Notes under the pieces: generated by a model
Told to the model about the DNA's origin: nothing
The model's database searches: none
Seen by the model: the letters and a program-made list of their open reading frames with translations, nothing else
Part shown: piece by piece, positions 27,151 through 38,799 of the stretch
How positions within the stretch are numbered: position 1 is the stretch's first letter
Layout of the letters: each line of letters starts with the position of its first letter
NCBI GenBank assembly: GCA_036172245.1
Contig: JAYWIR010000058.1
Span: forward strand, 248,001 to 312,000
Direction: 5' to 3'
Length of the DNA stretch: 64,000 nucleotides
Origin: Raillietiella orientalis
Taxonomy: Eukaryota
Position numbers and translations under genes: made by a program

Positions 27151-28502
27151 TTTTTTTTCCTACCCTTTAAGGATGTATCCATGCAAGAATGAACCTAACT
27201 ATGACTTGCTTGAATGCAAGAAAATGATTCTTTTACTCCATGCACCCAAGGGATCTTGCTCACCCACACCTGCTTGCTCTACTGCTCTTCCTCCACTTGT
27301 CTCGGCACTTTCAACCTTGCAAGTGCATTCTCCTTGAATCATGTTTCATTGGTCAATTTCGCAATGAATTCTGATGCTGCCGATAAATAATGAGCTTGAA
27401 GACATCAAAAGTCTACTACATTACCAGACTTCCCTTGCTGAAAAACTCAGGAACTTTTTACCAGCTTAGTTCCTCGTTTTGCTTTGTTTCATACCTAAGT
27501 ACCGATTGTCACATAATTGTGTACGGTCTTATGCATATTGGTATATTCATAAATTAGTTCCCATCGTTTTCTGTAAAAAAAAAAAAAAAAAGTGCATCTA
27601 TAAACCTGAGATCTTAGTCGTCTGCTAACATCTTGAGTCTTTGCTGCTCGAAATAGTCTTTCTTCCACGCTTTAAATGCCTTCACTCGTATTTATCTGTT
27701 AAACAGGTATATAGTTCCATGTTTCGGATCAACCTAGCAAGAGGATTTGGAATGAATGTTCCACCGACGAATTGTCCGGGGCTGCAAGATACTGTAGAGT
27801 ACAAATTCTATTCATCGCGCAATGGGTTTACCCATATTTGTGGCTGCACAGACTTGTCATGTACCCTTACTTGTTATGCATCCTTACATGTGACTTAAGA
27901 AAAAAAAGAGAAAAGAAGCGCTTGAAAAGACTTGTGACGACGGAGAAACAGAGGCGCAGTTCCTCAAATCACATAAGGTAGTCGAAAGCAAGATGTGCAT
28001 TGGTGCTCATCTGCTGTACACCGACTCTCGGAAAAAGGAGTTCGATGGAAAGCCATAATGTTTTTCTCTCCATCTGATGATCCAAACGGCTGTGACTGAG
28101 CTCATCGTCTGGCAGACTTGCGTATTCATCGGAAGTTTTGGTGTTCCTTTTGCTCTGTGACAATCTGTCTACATGCATCCACCAATAAATGTTCTTGCCA
28201 TTTTTCTTAATGGTGCTTTTTCCATCCATCCCTGCTCCTTCGAAAATCACAGTTGCCTACCAGCCGGAGAAATGTGTCACGACCAGAAAATCTCTCCCTC
28301 ACAGTCAGATGGATGCGTTCCCACACAGAGGGAAAATTTTCATAATTCAAGGTTTCTGTTTTTTTCGATCTGGCAGAGATGGGAGACGCTTTGCTCAAGC
28401 GCAGTTCTGCTGAAGGGTGTAAACTAAGCTCTTCGAGGGCAGAATTTGGTGCATCGTCAACCAATCGAGGAAGTGTTACGGGAAAGTGTTGGAGTGCTGC
28501 CG

Positions 28503-31500
28503 ATGCCAAATTTTGGATTGCAGTTGTTCTTCTTGCTGGGGCTGGTTTTCGGCTTGTATCCACCGTTGGTTTTCCAGAAAGCAAGGAGTCCTCAATTAGT
28601 CAACGAGCTCCTGAGCATTTCATTTGCCTTGGTAACTTCGTTAGCTCTTCTGGCAAGGGTAGGAGTCGAAGTTATCCACTTCGTATTCCTCGTGGAAGAC
28701 TACAAATTGGAGTTGCTCTGGGTTTCCATCGCATTGCTCCGCGATGTGGGAATCATCGTGGGCTCAATCAGAAGCGGAATGACACTAAGATACGTTCTTT
28801 ATGAATTAATAGATGCGAAATATTTTATTGATGCACGCACCAGTCGCGGAAGAAAGAAGATCAATGTCCTTTCAGTTCTCTTCATTTCCATTTCTTTCTC
28901 TTTCCTTGTCGGCATTGCATACGTGAAGATGAAAGCTGGATTTTCGATAACTTCCATCGTCAAGGCCGTGATGGACGCTGGAATTCATTTTTTCTGCTGC
29001 TTTTCCATCATTCTGTACCTTTCTCTTCTCACCTTGCACTTCGATGTCATCAAAGTAATCGTTCTGGAGTTTCTCCCCGTTTATTTTCCTCCTCACATTT
29101 TCGACGCTTTCTTTGCTGAGGCTGGAAACAAGAGAATCCCAAGAGAAGTAGAAGTGACGAACTCTTACAATGACGAGTTTTATTTGTGGATATGTGCACG
29201 TATAGAGATGTGTGCCAAAGCCATGAATCAGATGCTATTAGCATTCACTCCGCAACTATTGTTCCTCCTAAGCAGCGACTTCGTCATGATCTGCTATGGC
29301 ACTTTTGATGGGATTTTCACGGCAGAGAAAAAGTCTTTCGCCGACAACGAGGTGAAAAGTTCTCTGATCCAAGCGGTCGCGGCGGTCCTGCGCATGCTAT
29401 TCCTCTGCCTGGCAGCACAGATCCTATGGAACCGCTCCAACGACATCCGTTCCTACGTAGGTTTCCTTCGCTTCTCTCAAATGGACGAGAAGGTGTGCTA
29501 CAAGGTATTTGGGCCCATCCTTGCGTTTCCGAAAACCTCCTTCTCTTTCAGGTGAAGAGACTGATCCAGGTCTTGGACCCTGCAGACTTCTCCTTCAGTG
29601 TCGTGGGCTTCGGTCCGTTGAACCTGAGCTCCTTTCTCAGCGTAAGTAGTTACAGGAGAGGAGGAGATCCATAAAATTCTCCTCAATTTCTTTCTTGACA
29701 ATATCGAAGAGGCACTAGATGCCTCCAGTGATTGCGGTGCGGAGGACGTTTACATGATGGGCTGCTCCCCCCGGAGCTGCGATCTCCTATTCTCACCAGA
29801 TTGGGCAGCGCCCCCTTCATCATCGCTTCAACTTCTTCTCCATAAATTGCTCGATGTCCTCCCTTTCTAAAATTCGTTCGTGACTTCTCTTTACTCCTTC
29901 GTCGCGGGTATTTGCAAGCTTTCGCTCCGGAGCACCTCTAGCAAGACCTCATGGGACCACGAGGCGTCTCGCGATTAAAAATGACGTGTCCATGAAGGCG
30001 GAGGCATAAACACTGATTTTGTGATGGCGATTTGTTTGTTCCACTCATCACTGCAAATGGATATTCCTATTTCCGACGAGCCCAGGCGAAATCTTTCAGG
30101 ACCGAGCGCAGACCTATGTTATCGAATCGTCGCAGAGCCTCAACACCAACCTTTAGACCCTCGCAGCGCCGAGCATTCAGACCTGATCCAACCTTCAAAC
30201 CTTCCTTTCCCTTCCCTCCATCAATGCTAAGAGGAAGACCACGGTTTGAGCCGCAGAGGAGGATCCCGGCTGCCAAAACCCTCACCACACACTTCGTCCA
30301 CAGCAACCGAGCTGGACAGACGTAAGTCATAGAGGGAGGAAAATTCCTTTGTTGCATCTCCTTATCCAACAGTGGATCTTCCACTTGTAAGGGGTTTCCT
30401 GAACTGTGAATGATTTGCGACTCCGACTAACGCTGGCCAGATCCGAGCATGGCGACCCCCATCCTGTGTTTCTTCCCATGGTCCCTGGTCTTAATACTCC
30501 CTCTTCTTCCCTTCAATGACATCAAGTGCGCTCTAGCTATGCAGGGGTTTTCGCTCGTGAGAGTGGATCGGAAACTCCTGTGTCTTGTACAGTTTTCTCC
30601 TCCTCTCTCTGTGTGGGGTGTCTTTGTGATCTTCCTGAGATCCTATGCACAAAATTCGAGAAGTTTTCAAACTTGGCATAGACTGCACTTGACTTTGCAA
30701 GGGTTCTTTCGGAGTTTCTGTTTTTCTGAGGGTTCTCTTGCTCTCCCAGTTTGGATTCGGTAAGATCTGATAGTTGCCAAAGACGGAAGCGGATGAGAGT
30801 CTATGAGGATGGCGGCGGAGACGGTGTGGCAAAACGGCGGACAGAGGGTAGAAAAGTCTTTGTGAGAGGTGAAGACTGGGTTCTCCTTGATCGTCCAGCT
30901 GTTGGGATCGAGGATTAAGGTGACGAGGATGGGGAGAGAACTCGCGGTACGAGGAGCGATCATGGGATAAGCGTTGAGTCCGATGAGGGACAAGACCTCA
31001 GTATCGAACGCATAATCGGATCCGTTTTTGATTCTGGAACGTAACTGGAACTTAGCGAGCCATTTAATCATGCTTTAAATAAAGTTTCTATGGAAACCGT
31101 TCCCGGTCGCAATGTCGTCGTTAGCGTTGATAGGGTCGAGTTGCACAGGTAGCAGTGAGCCTGTGGCTGAAGCGCAGATCTTCGAGTGTCGGTCAAACAC
31201 AGGTTGCGATTGTCCCGATTGCTGTGGATCGCAGTCCCGCACCTGTTTCGGAAGCTGTCACTTCCCTTTTGTTTTTATTTAACCCTAAATTCCTGCATAG
31301 ACACTAAGAGTTTTAGACTGGCCCAAAGCGAAAGTCAGGAGGACGCGCAGTGCGCTATCCGCAGTCCCGATTCCTGACGAAACATGAAGGCAGTTTGAAT
31401 TTTCAGAGTCGGGATCAGGAGGGAGGGTGTGAGGTTTGCTTCGTTTGGGACGGTCATCTGCTTCTTGAGGAGGGTACGCCTCGAGTGTTCTAGAGCCGGC

Positions 31501-32082
31501 TTTCACTCCTATTTGCGTCGTGGATGTATAGGAACGACAGCAGCCGCTCCGGGAAAAACTGGAATTCTCACGCAAGCAGCGCGACACACTGGCAGGAGTC
31601 TTGGCTTATCATGCAGCTTCCAAATGTTCGAAAGCGAAGGATCACGAGGTACCAGCCCGAAAAGCTCGACTCCCTGCCAGCAAGCTGCAGTCTTGGATTT
31701 TCGGCTCATCGAGGAAGAAGATGCCGAGTCCAGATGGGTCCACGCAACTGGTCCAGAGCTTCCCTTGCAGCTTTACCTTTCCTTCCCTTGGAACTCACAT
31801 CCTCAGATTCCCCAAGGACTCGTCCCTCGCGGAGGTAGCTGTGCTACCGAGGGTTCTCCCTCCGGAGGTTTGAGGCCCGGCACGGGGACGACGAGATTCG
31901 CCGTTTCCGCACGATGCGCTCCATCACGCATGTTCACCAGCGAATCGAAAACCAAACGTCAACCCCACTCACACTGTTCGTCTTACTTTCGAGAGTGATT
32001 TTTCTCCCCATTTCTACAGATCCTGGAGGCTTCCACGACCTACATCATCATACTGTGTCAATTCTTGAAAATGGAACGTTAG
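28503..32082 (+). CDS. Gustatory receptor (7TM chemoreceptor family), 3 exons, ~384 aa
   Basis: Exons 28503-29504, 29552-29641 (90 nt) and 32020-32082 (ILEASTTYIIILCQFLKMER*). N-terminal GLYP, multiple hydrophobic helices, and the TM7 signature TYxxILxQF. Two phase-0 introns lie at the typical GR 3' positions. Start codon uncertain because the frame is open from ~28428. Confidence 0.88.
29700..31300 (+). mobile_element. Decayed L1/Tx1-like remnant inside GR intron 2
   Basis: RRNLSGPSADLCYRIVAE (~30090, RPISLLxxDYKI-like). CPDC and VPHLF in adjacent frames (~31210-31250, zf-RVT-like). Confidence 0.45.
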
Positions 32083-32099
32083 CGGAGGTTACGACCCTT

Positions 32100-34926
32100 G
32101 CCTGATACTTAGCTGAACAACTGAAAGTGGCTGCTCACGCACCGTTCCACAAATCTTCTCAGTGAGGACACGAAACAGAAAGGTGATTCTTACCTGCATA
32201 GAACAGCGTCCTGCCCGTGCCACCTGTCCACCTCATGCTTTGCAAGCCCCATAGACCAACAGCGACGATGACTGTTGCAGAGCGATCCAGGTTCTCTCGG
32301 CCAGGCGACATAAATCTCCTCAATAAAAATCTCTCGTTCAGCATCCAAGAAACGGCAGACCTGATCTCCGCTTGGATGCTCCGCCTCGTCAAGAGAGCAA
32401 ATGCATCCTGTGGAAGTACACACGCAGCGGATTCACTCTAAACGGCTCTCTTCCTATGCAGCCCGGCTACGAGATCCCAATAGAGACGCTTTCAGATTTC
32501 TATCACTTGACCGAGTTGGGCAAAGGTTTGTTCCTGGGATCATCTTGGCGCGACCTATGCGCACAGTCAGCGAGAGAGGTGGTTTTCTCTAGAAAATCTT
32601 GTGCAAGGAGGCTGTCGGGGCCATCTCTTACCTGCTCCGGAGGAGAGAGAGTTCTCGACTCCGGTGGACCTGCGCTTCTCGGAAGCACCTCGGGTTGCCC
32701 TCAAACCAGAGGAAGAAAAGAGGTTGAATGGCGGTGACGGTGGTCCCAAGATCATCGACTGGGAGCCTTAGTGGGATGCTTGAAAGAAACAACAGCAACA
32801 GGCAGTCAGCGTCTGTAGCCAAAAATTTTCCGTGCTCTTCACTACCCAAAAGACGCTGCCTTTATGAAACATCTCTTTCGGAAAGAGAAAGAGAAGCAGG
32901 AGGACGCTGCGCAACACAAGTGGCGTGCCTTTTTCCTGCGGATGTGGTCTCTTGCGGGCGCAATGGGTATCCCGAACGAGGAGATGGCTGCTGGAGATCT
33001 CGCTTTCGACAGCTCCGTGAGGCATTGATCCATCTCCAGCATTCGACTTGGAGTTCTTGCAAGTGCAACAACAAGAGACAGAATCTGCTGCTCTAGTGTT
33101 CGGTTCTGAGTTCCACAGCAGCGGAAGGAAGCAACCTGAGGCTGCTCTTTGCTCCATTGAATCTAGCAAGCATGAGGATTCTGGATGGCAACTCTCCAGA
33201 TGGAAAAAACGACTTTCGTTTGTCTCTTCAACAAAACGAGCAAATCGAAGTGCTCCTCTTCCTCCTGGTTCAAAGGTGACTTCTGCTTACATCCAAACGG
33301 AGCAACGTCGGTCCGATTGAATCCATTCGATGATCCCCGTAGATGGTACTTTTTCGGCACCTCAGTGTAGCCATGTGCGGCTTCTACTCTCAGAAGTGCA
33401 ATCTGGCAGCGTCCAGACAGCGGGAAGGGCATCGGGTCCGTTTCCGAGCAACAGGTGTGTCCTACCCTGATCGGCCACCGAATGCTCCTGCTATTCCTGT
33501 CCTCTGACCCCTGCTTTTTTTTTTTTTGCTTGTCCATCGCTCCATGAGGAGAGAATACCAACGGACGACCTTGTGCGCGACCTTGTTCTCAGGGAGCGCG
33601 GCAAGGTCCCGAGGTTCCTCAAAGGTTCCTTGACCCCGAACTGAGATGCTGAACTCGGCATCTGCAGCCTTAAAATTGTGGGGAAACCAAGTCAACTCCC
33701 GCAGACTTTCGCTTGTGCCCCGTACACAGTGAAGCGAACACTGCTGAGTCCCTATGCTCGTTGATCCTAACCTTCCGCGTGGTTGGCTGACAGGGATGTG
33801 CACCCCTACTTCCCCGAAACCGTTTCCTCGAAGGACTTGGCTTCCCTGCTGCGATACTTGTATCCATTGCTTGCCTCTGAATCACAGAGCGTGGAGACAG
33901 GAAGCTGAGGATGCATGGCTCGAGTCTCCCGCCATCATCTGTCTCCGTCCCGTCCTACGCCTCGGAACGGAGCCGCTGCAGGGAGTGGTAGAGACACCAA
34001 GAAGCAGGCAAGAAGCACCTCCACCCTTTTGAACGTAGCACTGTTCTCCCCACAGAAGCATCACGCTCCTGTGACCTAGCTGGCGGCAGTGGTCCGCCAG
34101 CTAGGTCCGCGCTGCTCATAGCAGGAGTGGTTGGTAGGCGCGGGAACCCGCAGACGCAGCAGCACCTCGCCCTTGCGCCTAAGGGAAGGGAGGAAGGCAC
34201 CCTTAGCATCCTCCGTGAATGGGCTTGTAGTTCCCGCAATTCTCTTGGACAGCCAAGCGGATCCCCTCCCGTGGTGACGCGAGGCGACACTCCTTTCGCA
34301 CTGGAGCTTCCCGTGCAACCAGCGTCCGCACTGCCGGGCGAGGGAAAACAAGAGTGGGTCAGGAGGGAGGAGATAGAATCGCCCCTGCTCTTGCTTCTGA
34401 ACTGCGAGTCGCACCGCTGGAGATGGAACCGGGTGGCAGCAATCCCCTTGCTTCTGGAGGTACCCCCTCGGCAGCTTCTGCGGCGGTTCTTCACACTGTA
34501 AGGACGCTCGATCTGCTGCGCCGCATTCGAGCGACAGTTGTGATTCCCCATGCACCGGAGGACGTCCGTCCACCCCATCCCCTCCATGACAACGGAGTAA
34601 CGAGACGGTCCCACCTCCGATCGGAACTGAAAGGGACGCCACCTGCGTATCAAACAGACCGAGGAGACGCGGGACACGAGCAACCAGTGCCTTCCCCTCC
34701 CATTACCCCTTGTCCCGAAGACGATAAGCACTTGCGCCAGGTGCCTCCCCATACCATGTGTTTGCTTATTTATTCGTTTATTTTTCCTTTGTTTCCCCTG
34801 TTTTCCGCTTTATTTTATTTTTCTTCGCTGCCGACGTGCGCGTTGGCGTTCGATGTACGTAATGTCTAAGGAATTCCTTATGTATGTGTTTATGAAATTC
34901 ACATAAACATCCTGGGATCACCGAAG
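32100..34926 (+). mobile_element. Decayed L1/Tx1-like element E1
   Basis: Ordered fragments AFDSSVRH (~33000), GRKQ (~33125), NKTSKSKC (~33230), HCLPLNHR (~33865), QTQQHL (~34150). Then a T-rich 3' UTR with the family hairpin at 34830-34847 and a degenerate terminal motif at 34902-34926. Confidence 0.6.
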
Positions 34927-34929
34927 AAT

Positions 34930-37478
34930 CTGAATACGTCGAAAAAGTGGAATCCATGGAAAAGAATTCCTCCTCTGGATTTCTTACGATCCAGAAGTGC
35001 TGCTGGCGTAGGCGACCCGCTCACGACAACTCTCTCGTAATGGTTTTTCTGACGCCTTCATTCGGAAAGTAGAAACGCTTCTGGAAAAATGGAAATTGAA
35101 GGCCAGCTTCCGTGAAGTGAAAGCGGAAGACACATGAAGAAGCTGAAGAAGCGATCAGCAGTGATAACAAACGACCGATGCGCTGGCGACCCCACAGACC
35201 ACACGTTAACATTCGGAGGGCATCGACAACACAGGAAAGGAAACCGGAAGACAACACACGAGGTGAAACCGTGCTTCTACGAAAAACAAATGGTCTCATG
35301 CCAACACGCTATTGGCGACATACCTGGTACGTACGGAAGACCACCTGCTTAAGACGTCGCTGACACGAGCGCCGGACACCCACGAGATCGTACAGCAAGA
35401 GGAACAGTTCGACGGAACAGAAAGCGAAGAACTAAATGAGACCGCACTTACCATATCTACCTGCACATTCAAGACACGTGGCAATGCTGCTCCAGTCTCA
35501 GCATCTACCTGACATTTACCTATCAGATCGCTTGAGAGTGACCACTGAGCCTCCAGTGCACATGAAGTGGCTCAGAGCACCTCTCTTTGGGTTCCCTCCC
35601 TCAGTCCGTTCCGAAACATTGAGAGATCTTCGCAACATGGTGACAGGATGCCATAGTAAGAGATGTTAGGAAGCGGGATAGCGGGATGAAGGAACAGGTA
35701 GGAACTCGTGAAGAATGGCCATGGACATCGGCTGTCTCGAGCGCATGGAGGACTCAACTGCATGGTAAGAAGGGCGTCCGCCCTACGAGGTGCAATGCTC
35801 TCAGACAAAGCTGCAAGCGGTCCCTGCCTTGCATGGCGACAAGGACACTGTGTGATTCTTTACCGATCATTCTGCATGCTCAAGAGAAATATTCAAAGGA
35901 GACTCCCTGCTTGCCTCCCGCGCACCTGTTGCTTGATCTGAATCCCTGATCATGCGTCTATCCTGCTCCACGATTTTCACGATCACCGATCTTTAGAATC
36001 GAAGGCCATACGAATGACTATGAAAGAGATTCCCACGCTGGAAAACTAAGGGCGACTCGAGACTCTCGTTGCATCGCCGTCGACTCGAAAGGGCACACGA
36101 GCTCCATTGTATTTCGTAAAGCACGAAGTGTTTCTGGAAAAGTCTGATCGGGCATCAGTATTCCCCAAACAGGCTCATCGTCTTCCAGATTTTGTCTTCT
36201 TGAATCGAGCTTGATTCCACCGTCCACTGCATCCGCTTCTCGTTCCCGAGCGGGAACCATGTCAGTTCTGTATGGTGTGAGTAATGAGGGTGATTTCTAC
36301 GTGACAACTGTGAAGAGTCCCATCTTTAACGTGAAAACAGCCAGTCTCTCTGGTTCACCCCGATCTCCCAGTGACTTCATGGTGCGTCTGGAAAGAATCG
36401 GACTGCAGGTACAGTTCCGTTTGTTAGCTTTTTGTTCCAAATTGTTGACTTTCCCATGGTGTGCGCCTGCGTGCCTCATTCTTCGGTGCTGTGCCAGCAG
36501 CGAAAGGCTGCTCTTCTCGTTGCCGCGCTTCCGTAACAGGATGCGGGGATTCGGTTTCCCGTCGAGGCAAGCGGCCTCGCTTTTCTGGAAATGTTTCCAG
36601 AGGAACTTTGTCCCCTGTGACGTCTCCTGATCCATTCAGTGGGAGATGTATTGAAGGACAGGACTAAATGATCCGTCCAGCCGCAACACCAGCGCTGTCT
36701 GCCTTAAGGGCAAGCAACGACAGCTGCCAACCGACACAGGGAGAATTCTCCTGCATCACTGTAGGAGACCAAACTCCTGGACGGCTGTACTACGAAAGAA
36801 GTGGAGGACGCCGCCAGTTCTCGTTTCCAGGAGAGGCGACTACGTTGGTGGAGCCAACTACTTACTGTTGCCTCCGAAGAGGTAGTGATGCTCCTCTTGA
36901 ACTGGAAGCACGATGTGCTGCTGTTTTTGCATTGAGAACCCCAGTGCAGTTAGCTCTGATACCTCAATTCCGGAGGAGCTGCATCCCCGAACTGTTACAG
37001 GTTTTGGACTGCGTTGCCCTCCACAAACTGTGCAAGTGGCCGGCTTAAATGCTGCTGTCCCAGTAGCAAACAATCCATGACCTGCTGAGGCGATTCTTGG
37101 CGTGCGACGGACTCTTGTCAAGTGCAGTGATCGCAACGATAATTTGAATCCTTGACAGCGTCACGGCTGCCACATGTTGGAGATGCAAGAGCAGCGAAGG
37201 AAAGTCACCTGCATGGCTGCTGAGTGGCCCCAAGAAACCAGAAGTTGAGACAGAAATCGCCGGCATTCTGCGTCGGTTCTAAAAGGAAAGAACGGCCAAA
37301 GCCGAACACCTTGGACTCCACCCTCCCTCTGTTTATTTATTTACTATCCGACTTTTAAAACAACTGACCCGCGCGTCGGTGGACCTTCCCTTCGAACTTT
37401 TTGTTTTCTATTGAGAACCGCGTTCCCAACCTGTTTGTTCATTTCGAATAAACGCTCCGGGCGTGATCGGGTGATAAA
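34930..37478 (+). mobile_element. Decayed L1/Tx1-like element E2
   Basis: WKLKAS (~35090), GVRP (~35775). LQVLDCVALHKLCKWPA..DLLRRF..AVIAT (~37000-37140) aligns by eye with E3 HLLLDCGALKGLWRRLA..DLMRRF..AVIAT. Family hairpin at 37363-37380 and terminal motif at 37447-37473. Confidence 0.7.
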
Positions 37479-38799
37479 TCTCCCATCGAGTTCTTCTCCA
37501 TCTCCGTCTGGTACAGACGAACAATCACATTCGGTTGTAAGGACTTCTTCTCTAGTGAACGATGGCCTGCTTAAAAGGGCGTGGAAATGAACTGATCAAA
37601 TCCAGGGAAGTGCGATGTTCATCGATGAGCGGGAAGTGAACCGTCAGCTGCTCCCCTGAAGGGATTGGAGCTCATTGCAGGACAACAGTTTCCAGAAGCA
37701 TTCGAAAAGCTTCTTGGGCCTCACCGAGACCAGCGAAGATGTTACGTGAGCTCAGGCGCGAGGTGGAAGATGCCCCACCTGAGACCGAAGCGCTGGGTGT
37801 TCCGTTCCTTTTCCTAAGAGTTTTTTGTGTACATTTTCGGAGAATAGGCTCCGCATGTATGCATCATTTATGAGATACGAAAACACTTTTTCAGCCCGTC
37901 ATAGACTGGCTTCTACCACTACCAGTGCCTCAACCATTTTCGAATCCAGATGTTCCCCGTTTTGGTAGTGTCCCACCGCACTCGAACTTAGAATACCACT
38001 GCTGCCATTGCTGGTAATTGGTGCAAGAAATTCCACTTTATATCAGACACGCCTCGATATAGTCAAGACTGAATCCTCTATAATAGGCAAACAGCCGCCT
38101 GGACGTTCGACGGTGTAGAAGACGCAAAATACCCGGTAGCGGAAACACGTAGCAATTTCCATTGCTCACCGAAAATCTTAGACGTTTGGAGTGCGTGGTG
38201 GAGAAAGAAATCATTACTTCATACTGTTTAATTTGTATATTTAGGTTATATAAATATTACAATTTATCCCAGTAAAAACAATTATGGAGATTATGGAATA
38301 TGAAACTTTTCACCAATTCGGCATTATTTAATTAAATACACGCACCTGACGTGAAATATAACGCCTATAATAGAACAATCGAGAAAGAATTGCAGATATG
38401 CTTTGATTCACAGATATGAATGCTATAATTGTCAAGAATATTAATAATTATATAGGGTAAGGGAAAATTGAAGTATAAAAACTAAAAAAAAAATGATGTA
38501 TAAATATAAAAAACTCAAGAAACGAACAAAACAAAAAAACATACTGAGAATTGCGTGCTCATCTGGACGACTGACTTTAGAACGGAACGCTTACGAGAGT
38601 CCCTAGCCTGCTTGCGTGCGTGAGAAATACAATGCGCCCTGTATTCTTTTCTTTTTCTTTCTTTCTTTTTTTGTCGTACGTGCTGTGCTCGTCGGGAGAG
38701 TCGGATCTTTCCCGATTTTTCCAATCGAGATTCAGCCCTCAAAGTGTAGGCTTTTCGACACTTGAAGTGTCCCGGCGGGACAGGGCAGACGGAGAAAGG

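Noticed and set aside
28189..28413. Upstream ORF as the GR N-terminus
   Set aside because: It is in a different frame, and I found no GT-AG intron of 37 nt or more that joins it in phase. ATG 28503 already gives a full-length GR.
30667..31071. 134-aa minus-strand ORF as a novel nested gene or viral insert in the GR intron
   Set aside because: No recognisable motif, and it lies antisense to an L1/Tx1-like remnant.
36000..37270. BEL/Pao LTR element on the minus strand (CTVCGG, HYLFGG, SPSLL)
   Set aside because: The plus strand of 36990-37473 aligns with the zf-RVT, C-terminus and 3' motifs of Tx1-like E3, so the minus-strand words are best read as chance.
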